A stretch of 37,994 nt of DNA from Pseudomonadota bacterium (GTDB taxonomy: Bacteria > Bdellovibrionota_C > UBA2361), in the NCBI GenBank assembly GCA_046047875.1, contig JBJOHD010000194.1:1-37994 (forward strand). Direction: 5' to 3'. How positions within the stretch are numbered: position 1 is the first letter of the stretch; each line of letters opens with the position of its first letter. Below are positions 17,199-27,795 of this stretch, piece after piece. A model generated the notes under the pieces. That model ran no database searches. It saw only the letters and a program-made list of their open reading frames with translations, and had not been told where the DNA came from. The position numbers were made by a program, and so were the translations under genes.

Positions 17199-18236
17199 TC
17201 ACCGCCCCCAATCGGGCGAGCTCTCTTCACCGAAAAACGACGGCGATACGAAGTGTCGCTCGATAAAGTTCGGGACAAACCGCTGCCAGAATCCCGCGTT
17301 AAACGGCTTGTGAGCCCCGATCTCCTCCTCGAGGGGTGCTCGGTCGTACTCCACCGGTATCTCATTGCCGCTCGCCACCTCAAGAATACGGAGTTGCCGC
17401 GCGCGCAGCGTCCCCTTGGGACTCAACGTCGAGACGAGATACCTCCCGCATGGCGACCACGCAATTTGGTCCTCTCCGTGACCATCCTGAGTGAGCGCTC
17501 GGATCTGCGACCCATCGCGGGTCATTACGTAGATATCTCCGTCACCCTCGAGCTTTTTAAGGGCGATTACCCCGTCGGGTATCGCACCTGCGCCCCCCGC
17601 CTCGATCGAGCGGATTATCGCTGAGCGGCGACGCTCATACTCCTCTCGCGAGAGCCCGTTACGCCGGGAGATAAAGGCGATCTGCTTTCCATCAGGTGAA
17701 TAGCGTGGAGAGAAGTCGCTGGCTGGATGGTTCGTCAAGCGCTGATACGATTTCGTCGCCAATCGGTACTCAATCACATCCTGATCACCGCTCTCCCCCT
17801 CGCGGCGCGAGAAGAGAATCGCGCTGCCATCGTTCGACCAGCATGGGTCGCTCTCGATACCCGGCTTTTGGATGAGCGGTACGATCTCTCCGGTCTCGAT
17901 CGAGACAGAACACACATCCAGGTCGGTCCGCTGCGCCGCATTGGAGACGAACAGAATCGAGCGTCCATCGGGGGACCAACTCGGAGATTGACAGAATACA
18001 CCTTCCGTAAGGCGCCGCTTCCCCCCGCCATCACCATCCATCAGCCAGATCGATGGAATGAGATCTGCGCCGGTCGAGAGGTATACAATCGAAGTGCCAT
18101 CGGGTGACCAGCGGGGCGAGGTATTTAGATCTTCTCCGCTGGTAAGCTGATTGAGCCTCCCGCTCTGAAGCTCTAAGCACCAGATATCAACGTCGTTCGT
18201 TCGTCCAGAAGCGAAGAGTACTCGACCACTAAGCAT
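17199..18236 (-). CDS. TolB-like beta-propeller (PD40 repeats) protein
   Basis: Repeated PxWSPDG / FSPRYSPDG blades. No signal peptide and no TolB_N domain. Confidence 0.88.
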   Translation of the reverse strand: MLSGRVLFASGRTNDVDIWCLELQSGRLNQLTSGEDLNTSPRWSPDGTSIVYLSTGADLIPSIWLMDGDGGGKRRLTEGVFCQSPSWSPDGRSILFVSNAAQRTDLDVCSVSIETGEIVPLIQKPGIESDPCWSNDGSAILFSRREGESGDQDVIEYRLATKSYQRLTNHPASDFSPRYSPDGKQIAFISRRNGLSREEYERRRSAIIRSIEAGGAGAIPDGVIALKKLEGDGDIYVMTRDGSQIRALTQDGHGEDQIAWSPCGRYLVSTLSPKGTLRARQLRILEVASGNEIPVEYDRAPLEEEIGAHKPFNAGFWQRFVPNFIERHFVSPSFFGEESSPDWGR

Positions 18237-18607
18237 CGGCAACCCCCTTTACGGATATAGGCTTCCTCACAGTACGAGAAGGGGCCGAGCTGCTCAGCTC
18301 CGACGCATCTCCCCGGGCCAGCTATCGCGCGGCGCAATCGAGGCGCCTCCCCTCACCAAGGTCGGCACCGCCTCGTCCTCACTTTAGCATCAGGAGCGTT
18401 AAGTCTTTGAGATAGCGATATATCCTAACCCCCCGATAGCCGTCGGTCGTCACCTCTCCCCGCTGAGCGGCGCGTTGCACTCAGCAGTATCGTGCTCGAC
18501 GGCGTTTCCCCCGCCTTCGCTCAGCCAATTGACCGCTATCACCCATCATTGACGATCGGACTCCACCGTAAGATTCTATCGCTCAAGCACCACTACGAAG
18601 GATTCCC

Positions 18608-20461
18608 ATGACAACTCAAGCTGCCGATCCTCGAACCGCCTGGGATAACTCAAACGAATATCAAGGGCTGACCACCCCCGATTTTACCGCCGATCTCAAT
18701 CGCACGAGCGAGCTCACCGCTGAGCTCGAGCAGGGGAGTCTGCGTTTAGGGGGAGCCCTTGTCCACGGCTTGCACACCTCTGCAGAGTGGCGCAGCCTCA
18801 TTCCTCTCGCCCAAGAGATGTATCGCCTCACCGACGAGCTTGACCGAATAATCTCGAACCTATCGGTCTTCGCCGAATGCGCAGCGAGCCTCGACGCCAA
18901 GGACGGTCTCGCCCGAAGCCTCGGCAGCGACCTCCAGGCTCGGGCCGCTCGGCTTACCGAGCTCGCGGCGCCCCTGCGGCATTTTGCTCTGCGAATTCCC
19001 GATGAACTCCTCCCCGAGTACCTCGCCGACCCACAGGTTCGGGAGAGCGAATTTACGATCCGATTCGGACGGCAGCGGATCGCTGACACCCTCCTCCCGG
19101 TTCGCGAGGAGCAGCTGATCGATTCCCTGGAGGTAAACGGGATCACCGCGTGGGGCAACCTCTACACCAACGTTGCCGGAACTGCCTCAACATCGATCAC
19201 GGTACACCAGCAGGCACGGGTGTCGAGCCTCGCCGTCCTCTCCGGTCTCCTGCAAAGCCCGGAGAGCGAGGTGCGCCGTGCCGCCTACAACGGGGTGCAG
19301 GCGATATGGACTGCCCACGAGGAAGCTGCGGCCGCAAGCCTCAATGCGCTTAGCGGCTGGCGACTCGATATCTACAAACGCCGCTCTCACAGCCGGCATG
19401 TCGATTTTCTCGATCTTCCCCTTTTCGGAAACCGCATCACTGCACGTACCCTTGAGACGGTCATTGAAACGGCGCGAGAATCGCGGCTCATCGGGCATTC
19501 AGCGCTTCGGCTCGCAGCGAGAAGCCGGGGTGAATTGCACCTCCACCCAGCCGATCTCGCCGCCCCCCCGCCGGAGAAGCTCCTCGGGGGCGAGGCTGAG
19601 CCGATCACATTCGATAGGGCTATCGGGATCATCACCCAGGCCTTCGATTCAGTCGACCCAGCGATGGGCGATTTCGTCCGCACGATGTTAAAAAACGGCT
19701 GGATCGAGGCGCGCGAACTGCCGTCGAAACGCCCCGGTGCGTATTGCACAGGCTTTGCAAAATCCCGCACCCCTCGAGTTTACATGACATACATGAACGG
19801 GATGCGTGACGCCAAAGTGCTTGCTCACGAATTGGGTCACGCACTGCACGAGTGGGTGCTGCGCGATCTACCTCGGGCACAAACCAACTACCCGATGACC
19901 GTCGCTGAGACCGCGAGTAACTTTGCGGAGATGGTGGTAGGAGACTACATCGCACGGGAGTCGACATCACCCCGCGATATCGTTGCCGGTGCGTGGCAGT
20001 CGGTGCAGGACGGCATCGCCTATACGATCAATATCCCCGCACGCTTTGAGTTTGAGCGGGAGTTTTATCGACGGCGTGCGGCCAAAACGTTTATGCCCGA
20101 TGACTTTCGAGCGCTCATGTCGGAGAGCCTGCGAATGTGGTACGGCGATACACTCTCTAGTCTCGACGAGATGTTTTGGGCGAGTAAGATGCACTTTCAT
20201 ATCTCGGGACTCTCGTTTTACAATTTTCCATACCTCTTTGGTTATCTTTTTAGCCTCGGTGTGTACGCTCAACGGGCAGCCCTTGGCTCCGAATTCTACT
20301 CGGCATACGTACGGCTGCTTCGTGATACTGGGCGGCTTTCGATCGAAGAGCTCGCTCAGAAGCACCTCGGCATCGATCTCGAAGAGCCGACATTCTGGCG
20401 GCAAAGTTTTGCGATCTTCCGAGACCAGGTCGATGCGTTGGAGCGCCTTATCGCGGTGTAA
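18608..20461 (+). CDS. pepF: Oligoendopeptidase F (peptidase M3B)
   Basis: KRPGAYCT, LAHELGHALH, AETASNFAE, FYNFPYLFG motifs. Confidence 0.93.
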   Translation: MTTQAADPRTAWDNSNEYQGLTTPDFTADLNRTSELTAELEQGSLRLGGALVHGLHTSAEWRSLIPLAQEMYRLTDELDRIISNLSVFAECAASLDAKDGLARSLGSDLQARAARLTELAAPLRHFALRIPDELLPEYLADPQVRESEFTIRFGRQRIADTLLPVREEQLIDSLEVNGITAWGNLYTNVAGTASTSITVHQQARVSSLAVLSGLLQSPESEVRRAAYNGVQAIWTAHEEAAAASLNALSGWRLDIYKRRSHSRHVDFLDLPLFGNRITARTLETVIETARESRLIGHSALRLAARSRGELHLHPADLAAPPPEKLLGGEAEPITFDRAIGIITQAFDSVDPAMGDFVRTMLKNGWIEARELPSKRPGAYCTGFAKSRTPRVYMTYMNGMRDAKVLAHELGHALHEWVLRDLPRAQTNYPMTVAETASNFAEMVVGDYIARESTSPRDIVAGAWQSVQDGIAYTINIPARFEFEREFYRRRAAKTFMPDDFRALMSESLRMWYGDTLSSLDEMFWASKMHFHISGLSFYNFPYLFGYLFSLGVYAQRAALGSEFYSAYVRLLRDTGRLSIEELAQKHLGIDLEEPTFWRQSFAIFRDQVDALERLIAV

Positions 20462-20681
20462 TGGATCGAGTTTGCCTCACAATTTGCGGTGCTTCGTCAT
20501 TATCTCCGATGAGTTAGCGCAGAGAGCTGTGCAGGTACGGCTCCGCTTCCAGGCATAAGCTTCTTTTTCGTTCTAATCTGACAACCGTCGTGTTAGTTCT
20601 TCGCGCGCTAAAACGGTTGTGTCGCTGTGCTTTCGGCGCTGCGTCAGGCTGTCACCGTTACATTTCTTAAGGGGAGTTTCT

Positions 20682-21059
20682 ATGGTTCGGAAAAACGTGG
20701 TGTATTTTGTCAGCGCGCTCTTCATCGGCGCCGCTGTGTCCCTCGGCCGCTTTCATTTCGAGAGCGCAGAAGCGGTAGCAGCGGTCCCCGGCTCGTGTAC
20801 CGGTACCGCAAGCGCGCCCGTGGGACACTGCACGCCTTATGGGGCCAACGCCCAACTCGTCGATAACTGCCGTTGCGCCGGCAGCAGCCCAGCAACGTGT
20901 CTTCCGAAGGGTTCGTACTACTGCACCGATCAACTTGGACGTAAGCTTGCTGCAAGTCAGGGCGCCGCGTGCGTCGATAATTGCATCTGGGTTACCCTCT
21001 CGACCGAGGAACTCGACGCAGTGACGACGGATCCCGTCGTTCAACAGTCGGAAGGGTAA
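20682..21059 (+). CDS. Small secreted Cys-rich protein (8 Cys), unknown function
   Basis: ATG 20682 after AAGGGGAG. Signal-like N-terminus ending SAEA, 8 Cys in the mature part, acidic tail. Confidence 0.75.
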   Translation: MVRKNVVYFVSALFIGAAVSLGRFHFESAEAVAAVPGSCTGTASAPVGHCTPYGANAQLVDNCRCAGSSPATCLPKGSYYCTDQLGRKLAASQGAACVDNCIWVTLSTEELDAVTTDPVVQQSEG

Positions 21060-21066
21060 ATCAACG

Positions 21067-21840
21067 ATGACCCAGGAGAAGCACGCACAGCGAGCAGAGA
21101 GGGGAGGGGTCGGCCTTGGAATCGCGGGGCTCGGAGCGCTCACCCTCACCGGGGCGCTCCTCTTCACAAGCCGATCGGAGGGCCTCGCCCCATCGGAGGG
21201 TGATCCTGCGGTTACATTCCCTCCGCCGGGCAGCTCCGCCAAAGAGATCCCCGAACAGAGCGCCGCTCTGGCCCCTGTCACGGTGCGGGTTGAACCTTTT
21301 ACAGGGGAGCCCCGCCTCGAAAGGATCGAGGCTCCCACCACGCGCCCCCCGAAGCTCGACCCGTGCAGCGATCGGGCACTGGCTGAAGCTACCTTCAGCC
21401 AAGCGCTCCAACTGCTGAGATGCAGCGATCCAGAGATCGTCAAGCTCGCCCGCAGCTTTCTTAACGAGGCAGCTCCAAGCTCCGCTGCAGGGATTCCGGA
21501 GGACGCCCAGGCGATCATCCTCGAGGCGAAACAGGCGGCATTTAATGGCGCGCTCACCGATCTCCGTAAGGAGCTCGGTGACCTTCAGCTGCGCAGCCCG
21601 AACGCCTTCATCCACAACAAGGACCTCCCAGCGAGCTACGTCGCCACCCGATTCGAGGTACATACCGATGAATTCGGTGAGCGGAGGGCAATGATCGTGA
21701 ACTACTCCGGCTCGGTCGGTCGGGGCTTCACTATCCCCGCGTCGGAGGCGGGGCGGCAGCTCGCTCTTCAGAAGATCATGCTTGATGGCGACTCTGTCGA
21801 TCCCGCGTGGTTTTCACTCCTCCTCCCGAAGGATCGTTAA
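21067..21840 (+). CDS. Hypothetical membrane-anchored protein
   Basis: Starts 7 bp after the previous stop. N-terminal TM, Pro-rich linker and a globular domain with 2 Cys. Confidence 0.7.
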   Translation: MTQEKHAQRAERGGVGLGIAGLGALTLTGALLFTSRSEGLAPSEGDPAVTFPPPGSSAKEIPEQSAALAPVTVRVEPFTGEPRLERIEAPTTRPPKLDPCSDRALAEATFSQALQLLRCSDPEIVKLARSFLNEAAPSSAAGIPEDAQAIILEAKQAAFNGALTDLRKELGDLQLRSPNAFIHNKDLPASYVATRFEVHTDEFGERRAMIVNYSGSVGRGFTIPASEAGRQLALQKIMLDGDSVDPAWFSLLLPKDR

Positions 21841-22069
21841 CTGAGAGCGCAGAGCTAAGGACTCGGCGTTCGTCGTACGAGTTTTCGGTAGGGGAACGCT
21901 CTGCCTCGTTTGCGTTGTCACGGCGAAGACCTTCCGATTTCTCGCGCTCGCTCGACCTGCGTGTCCACCGACCCCCACGAAAAATCGGTAGAATGAGGCC
22001 CAAAGGGGTGGCCCGTTCTTTGCCTCTCGGGTGCACAACCAACACGTTCAGAGCAAGGAGACGATTCCT

Positions 22070-22592
22070 ATGAAGAGAAACTTTTGCCGCATTTTATTAA
22101 GCGCTGCCTGCCTCGCCACTGCCACAGCCACTCCGGGAACTTGCAGCCGCTGAGGAAGACTCTCTGAGTGCCCCCGATGAGATCGAGACCGCTCTGGGAG
22201 AGCTTGAATGCGTCGCCGAGGGGATTTTTCTTTCCGCTGCAAGCGCGCTCGACGGTATAGCCGAGCGATGCGAGATCGCGCCCTCCGAAAAGGCGTGTCG
22301 AAAATGCTTTCGAAAGGTTCATGGGAGGCTCAACGCAGCGCTGAAAGCGCTCGGGAAGCTCGGACTACTGGAGCGCTCCGTCATGAGAACGATTAAGGAG
22401 TCGCTCGCTGAGCGGGTAGGGGAGACCTGCTCCGAGGATATCGACAACTCTCCCCCCGAAGGCGAAGACGACCCGCCGGCAAGCGACTCTCCGGTATCTT
22501 CACCTCCGGCGGATCTGCCTAATTTCAGAGAGCCTCCACGCCAGCCACCCTTTTTAGGTCTCCCACCGCACAAATTGAGCGAGGATAGATAG
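22070..22592 (+). pseudogene. Frameshifted gene for a secreted helical protein (~173 aa if repaired); pseudogene or sequencing error
   Basis: AAGGAG then ATG 22070 encodes a signal peptide that stops at 22151-22153. The +1 frame is open 22101-22592. Deleting one G of GGG 22135-22137 gives ...TATPELAAA/EEDSL... in frame. Confidence 0.7.
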
Positions 22593-22722
22593 TCAAACAG
22601 GCGCAGCACCTCCGCAAACGGGGCAGCGAATCGCGGTTCGCTCGCCCCGTCTTTTCAGGTGCGCTGATACTTTCTGGCGCCGGACTACTGCGAGCGGCTC
22701 AAAAGGAATTTTCTGAGTTGGA

Positions 22723-25449
22723 CTAATCCTCAGCGGATTTTTTGGTCGAACGCTTCTTCGAGGCTGCGCCAGCTCCCTTTTTCACCGATTTAGGTGCAGT
22801 CTTCCCCTTTTTTTTTACCGCACTCTTCTTCTCCGCTTTGGCTTTCGGCGCGGCACGACGACGCTTTCCACCGCCACCCGCTGCTATCTTAGCGGCCCGC
22901 GCCTCGAGAAGACCGACAGCATCACCGACCGAGAGGGTCGCGGGATCAGCTCCCTGTGGAAGCGAGGCATTTATCTCCCCATCGGTAACGTACGGGCCGT
23001 AACGCCCGCTCTTTATCACAAGCTTCTTCTCCGTCACTGGATGGGTACCCACCTCACGCATCGTTGAGGGCTGCGCCGAGGCACGCCCCCGGCGACGCGG
23101 CTGCTTCAAGAGCTCGATCGACTGCTCAAGGGTAAGAGTGAGGGGGGAAAGGGTATCGAGGGGGATCGTCCGAGTCTCCTCGCCGCATTTTATATACGGT
23201 CCGTAACGCCCCAGAAAAACCTGAACATCCCCGCTAAGCTCCTCGTAGCGACCGAGATTCCGCGGGAAACTGAGAAGCTGCATAGCTATATCGTACGTCA
23301 CCTGATCGGGGGTCATGCCCGGCAGCAATGAGGCCATCTTCGGCTTCTCGTCCTCATCGTTCTGTTCGCCGAGCTGGATATAAGGACCGAAGCGCCCTTT
23401 TTTAAGATAGACCGACTTTCCAGACAGGGGATCGTTTCCGAGGGCGGTGGGGCCCTTCGCCGCCTCAACGAGGAGCTGAATCGCCTTCTCAACATCGAGC
23501 TCATCGGGAGCTATCCCGTCGGGCAGACTCGACCGCGACTCGCCGTTTGTGAGGAAGGGGCCAAATCGGCCGATACGCACCTCAACGGTGCGACCTTGCT
23601 CGTCGGTGCCGAGCGGCAGGCCACACACGACTCGGGGGTCGATCGCACTCTCTCCGTTCTCGACGAGGCTCTTCAGTCCGGCATGGCCGTTTCCGAAATA
23701 AAACCCGTGAAGGTACTTCACACCATCCGCCTCACCTCGCGATATCGCATCGAGATCATCTTCAAGCTTTGCTGTGAACTCGTACTCAGTAAGGTGGGTG
23801 AAATACCTCTCCATAAGACCGATCACAGCGTTTGCGAGAAAGGTCGGGACGAGAGCTGTACCCTTTTTAAAGGCGTAATCCCGAGACAATACCACATCGA
23901 CGATCGTCGCCCAGGTACTCGGTCGCCCGATGCCGAGCCGCTCGAGCTCCTTGATAAGACTTCCTTCAGTGTACCGCGCCGGAGGCTGGGTCTCGTGCTC
24001 AAGTGCCTCCATCCGTTTGGTCTCAAGCTCCTCCTTCTCGGAGAGCTTCGGTAGTATCTTTTCTCGATCGGCAAGATCGGCCTCAGGATCATCCGACCCC
24101 TCAACATATGCACGGAGATATCCCGCGAAACTAATCGTCGAACCGGCAGCGCGAAACGTCGCATCCTCAACCTGAATCTGCACTCCAACCCGGGTCCCGG
24201 TGGCGTCTTTCATCTGCGAGGCGATCGTCCGCTTCCAAATCAGCTCATAGAGCCTGAACGCCTCTTGGCCCAGCCGCGCTTGCACCACCGCGGGCGCTTG
24301 AAAATCCGCACCTGCCGGTCGGATAGCCTCGTGAGCTTCTTGCGCGTTCTTTACCTTCGTCTTGTAGATCCGGGGCTCGGGGTGGAGATACTCCTGACCA
24401 AACTCCCGAACGATGAGCCCCCGCGCCCCGTTCAACGCCTCATCGGAGAGCGTCGTTGAGTCGGTACGCATATAGGTAATGAATCCGTTCTCGTACAGCA
24501 CCTGTGCGACCTGCATCGTGCGCCGAGCTGAGAAGCTCAGCTTGCGACTCGCTTCCTGTTGGAGGGTACTCGTTGTAAATGGGGGATACGGGCGAGTCGT
24601 ATAGGGCTTCTCCTCGATCGAGCTCACCCGCGGAGTAGCCCTTAATAAGCGCTCCCGAAGAGCGGCCGAGGCCGCTGCGTCGAGGTGTACCACGTCGGCT
24701 TTCTCAAGGAGCTTTCCGCTTGTCTGCTCGAAGTCCTTTCCGATCGCGACTCGCTTACCACCAAGGTGAGTGAGATCTGCCTCAAACTGTGAGGCGGCAT
24801 CCTCTTTACCCGCCTTGCTAAAAAGCGCCTTGAGGTCCCAATAGACCGCTTTTCGAAAGGCGATACGCTCACGCTCACGCTCCACCAATAAACGAAGCGC
24901 TACGCTCTGCACCCGCCCCGCGCTGAGACGGGGGGCCATCTTCTTCCAGAGGAGGGGACTGACCGAATAGCCAAAGAGCCGATCGATAATCCGGCGGGTC
25001 TCTTGAGCCCGCACAAGATTCTCATCGATATCACGGGGGGAATTGAGCGCCTCTTGAATCGCTTCTTTGGTGATCTCGTGAAACACCATCCGCTTGACCG
25101 GGACCTTCGGCTCAAGCACCTTTAGAAGATGCCAGCTAATCGACTCCCCCTCGCGGTCTTCGTCGGTTGCGAGAAATAGGGTGTCCGATCCTTTCAAGAG
25201 TGCCTTGAGCTCCCGTACATTCTTCTTCTTGTCCTCGGGAACTATGTAGAGCGGATCAAAGTCGGAATCGACGTTTACCCCTAGACGCGCCCATTTCTGC
25301 TTCTTTACATCTTCCGGGATCTCGGCGGCGTTGTTCGGCAGATCGCGCACGTGCCCGAAGGAAGCCCGCACCTCGAAGTCCTTCCCCAGGAACTTCTCGA
25401 TTGTTCGCGCCTTCGTCGGCGACTCTACGATGACGAGCGATTTGCCCAT
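22723..25449 (-). CDS. topA: DNA topoisomerase I
   Basis: LVIVESPTKA, ATDEDREGE, SAGRVQS, ITYMRTD, QEAHEAIRP motifs. C-terminal GRFGPY repeats and a Lys-rich tail, no zinc fingers. Confidence 0.98.
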   Translation of the reverse strand: MGKSLVIVESPTKARTIEKFLGKDFEVRASFGHVRDLPNNAAEIPEDVKKQKWARLGVNVDSDFDPLYIVPEDKKKNVRELKALLKGSDTLFLATDEDREGESISWHLLKVLEPKVPVKRMVFHEITKEAIQEALNSPRDIDENLVRAQETRRIIDRLFGYSVSPLLWKKMAPRLSAGRVQSVALRLLVERERERIAFRKAVYWDLKALFSKAGKEDAASQFEADLTHLGGKRVAIGKDFEQTSGKLLEKADVVHLDAAASAALRERLLRATPRVSSIEEKPYTTRPYPPFTTSTLQQEASRKLSFSARRTMQVAQVLYENGFITYMRTDSTTLSDEALNGARGLIVREFGQEYLHPEPRIYKTKVKNAQEAHEAIRPAGADFQAPAVVQARLGQEAFRLYELIWKRTIASQMKDATGTRVGVQIQVEDATFRAAGSTISFAGYLRAYVEGSDDPEADLADREKILPKLSEKEELETKRMEALEHETQPPARYTEGSLIKELERLGIGRPSTWATIVDVVLSRDYAFKKGTALVPTFLANAVIGLMERYFTHLTEYEFTAKLEDDLDAISRGEADGVKYLHGFYFGNGHAGLKSLVENGESAIDPRVVCGLPLGTDEQGRTVEVRIGRFGPFLTNGESRSSLPDGIAPDELDVEKAIQLLVEAAKGPTALGNDPLSGKSVYLKKGRFGPYIQLGEQNDEDEKPKMASLLPGMTPDQVTYDIAMQLLSFPRNLGRYEELSGDVQVFLGRYGPYIKCGEETRTIPLDTLSPLTLTLEQSIELLKQPRRRGRASAQPSTMREVGTHPVTEKKLVIKSGRYGPYVTDGEINASLPQGADPATLSVGDAVGLLEARAAKIAAGGGGKRRRAAPKAKAEKKSAVKKKGKTAPKSVKKGAGAASKKRSTKKSAED

Positions 25450-25635
25450 TTGACCTTATATATATAGCCCCGCGCGGTCTATTTGATGACTGCAAGGGCA
25501 GTTCGAGGTTCACTAACAGCGTTTTGCTGGATAAACCGGGTTGCCCCGTTAGATTACGGATATTTCGATATCTTGCAAGCACCGCCCCCCTGGAGATTCG
25601 ATGAAACTCCAGGGGCGCTCCCTAAAAAGGAGGGA

Positions 25636-27522
25636 TCAGGCGATCTGGGCTCGTGCTCGTTTGAGGTGGATTGCCAAAAGGGAGATCGTCGTTGGGGTGA
25701 TCCCCGGGATCCGCTGCGCCTGCCCGATCGAGTACGGTCGAACCTTCTTAAGCTTTTCCCGCGCCTCGATCCGCAGGCTCGGCACCGCATCGTATTCAAA
25801 ATCAACGGGAATTACCTCATCCTCGAGCTTCCTCAGCTTCTCAACCTCGAGCTCTTGTCGCTCAAGATAGCCGCTAAACTTAAGCTCGATTTCGAGCGCC
25901 GCCACAACGTCGGTCGGCAGCGGCCCTTCCCCATACGGAATGCGTTCGAGGATTTGAGCCAATGACATCTCAGGCCGACGCACGAGCGTCGCCAGAGTCA
26001 GACTATCCTTAATCTCCGCGCTGCCACACGCACGAAGCCACTCGTTCTCCGCGGAAAGCGGTTTGATTCTGGTACGCTCAACCCATGACCGAGCCCCGGC
26101 AAGGAGCTCAGTTCTCGCCTCAAAGCGCGTCCGCTGCTCACCGGAGAGAAGCCCGTACTCGATCGCTCTCGGGCACAATCTCGTTGCGGCGTTGTCCTCC
26201 CGCAAAATGAGGCGATACTCAGCTCTCGAGGTGAACATCCGATACGGTTCGTCGACCCCGTTGGTAACAAGGTCATCGATCATAACCCCGATGTAGCCCT
26301 CTCCCCTCGAGACGATGAGGGGAGCGTCCCCCGTCACCTCGAGCGCAGCGTTTGCGCCAGCGATGATCCCCTGCGCCGCCGCTTCCTCGTAACCGGAGGT
26401 TCCGTTGATCTGGCCAGCAAAATAAAGTCCCCCCACGAGCTTTGTTTCCAGGGTCGGCCTCAGAGCTCGGGGATCGACGAAGTCGTATTCCACGGCGTAC
26501 CCCGGCTGCAAGATATCAACGTTCTCGAGCCCCGGTACCATCCGCACAAAACGCTCTTGAATATCGAGGGGGAGACTCGTCGAGATCCCGTTCGGGTACA
26601 CGATATCGGATGAGTGTCCCTCCGGTTCGAGAAAAATCGTGTGGCTCGCCTTGTCCGCAAAACGAAACACTTTGTCTTCGATCGAGGGACAATAGCGCGG
26701 CCCCCCCGACCGAATCTGCCCGTTGAACATCGGGCTTCGCTCCTTATTCGCGCGAATGAGCTCGTGGATAGCTTCGTTGGTCGTTGTTTGCCAACACGAG
26801 ATCTGCGGCTGCCGAATCGAATCGGTCATCATCGAAAACGGCGGCGGGGGGGACTCCCCCGGCTGCTCTTTGAGTCTCGTGAAATCGATCGTGGAACGAC
26901 GCAACCGGGGAGGGGTGCCGGTCTTTAATCGCCCCAGCTCAAAACCGATCGAGCGCAGAGACTCGGAGAGCTCGTTCGAGGCGAGATCGCCGCACCGCCC
27001 ACCGCAGGTCTGAGTCGCACCGGTATGCATGAGCCCCTTGAGAAACGTGCCGGTGGTTAACACAACCGCGGCCGCTGGGAGCGCACTTCCGTCCTTTAAG
27101 GTGACACCAACTACGCGGTGATTCGCGACGGTGATCGCCGCGACCTCGCCTTCGACGATCGCAAGGTTCTCTTGCTGCTCGCAAAAGCGCCGCACCCACC
27201 CTTTGTAGAGATCGCGATCGGCTTGAGCCCGGGAAGCTCGGACAGCGGGACCTTTGCTTGAATTGAGGGTACGGAACTGGATTCCGGTGGCATCGATCGC
27301 CCGACCCATAACACCGCCGAGCGCATCAACCTCTTTGACCAGGTGACCTTTACCCACCCCGCCGATCGCCGGATTACACGACATCTGGCCGATGCTTTCA
27401 CGCCGAAGAGTTACCAAGGTCGTCTCGACTCCGAGCCGTGCAGCCGCAAGCGCGGCTTCCACACCAGCATGCCCACCACCTATAACGACTACTCTTTTCG
27501 ACACGTTAAGACCTAACACCAT
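25636..27522 (-). CDS. mnmG: tRNA uridine-5-carboxymethylaminomethyl modification enzyme MnmG (GidA)
   Basis: [54 protein letters not shown]. Start uncertain (ATG 27522 or GTG 27504). Confidence 0.97.
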   Translation of the reverse strand: MVLGLNVSKRVVVIGGGHAGVEAALAAARLGVETTLVTLRRESIGQMSCNPAIGGVGKGHLVKEVDALGGVMGRAIDATGIQFRTLNSSKGPAVRASRAQADRDLYKGWVRRFCEQQENLAIVEGEVAAITVANHRVVGVTLKDGSALPAAAVVLTTGTFLKGLMHTGATQTCGGRCGDLASNELSESLRSIGFELGRLKTGTPPRLRRSTIDFTRLKEQPGESPPPPFSMMTDSIRQPQISCWQTTTNEAIHELIRANKERSPMFNGQIRSGGPRYCPSIEDKVFRFADKASHTIFLEPEGHSSDIVYPNGISTSLPLDIQERFVRMVPGLENVDILQPGYAVEYDFVDPRALRPTLETKLVGGLYFAGQINGTSGYEEAAAQGIIAGANAALEVTGDAPLIVSRGEGYIGVMIDDLVTNGVDEPYRMFTSRAEYRLILREDNAATRLCPRAIEYGLLSGEQRTRFEARTELLAGARSWVERTRIKPLSAENEWLRACGSAEIKDSLTLATLVRRPEMSLAQILERIPYGEGPLPTDVVAALEIELKFSGYLERQELEVEKLRKLEDEVIPVDFEYDAVPSLRIEAREKLKKVRPYSIGQAQRIPGITPTTISLLAIHLKRARAQIA

Positions 27523-27795
27523 CGAAACACAGCTCTTTCGATCCGGTTCCGGGAACTTATCTCTTTTCAATAAAACAAGGGATTTTCTGCGGTAATCAAC
27601 TGTTTATCTGATTTTTAGAATCAATTCAAGGAAGTGGCAGGATTCTTGATTATCCCCCAACGGCACACTCTAAGAAGAGGCGCCGATTATTGGAAGTAAC
27701 CGATTGAATCGGGTACGGTTCGCTCCCGCACCCAGATTTTCGAGGTAACGACGGTTCAACGTGTAAGCGGTATGTTTACTCCCCGAAGCTCGTAT

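Noticed and set aside
18608-20461. PepF as a RiPP maturation protease
   Set aside because: An ordinary cytoplasmic housekeeping M3B peptidase, 16 kb from the MNIO locus.
20667-21663. 296-aa and 200-aa minus-strand ORFs over the Cys-rich pair
   Set aside because: The plus-strand genes have an SD, signal/TM segments and operon spacing, whereas the minus ORFs look like shadow translations.
27523-27770. Possible oriC next to mnmG (gidA)
   Set aside because: Only weak 7/9 DnaA-box matches, and no rsmG, parAB or dnaA neighbours.
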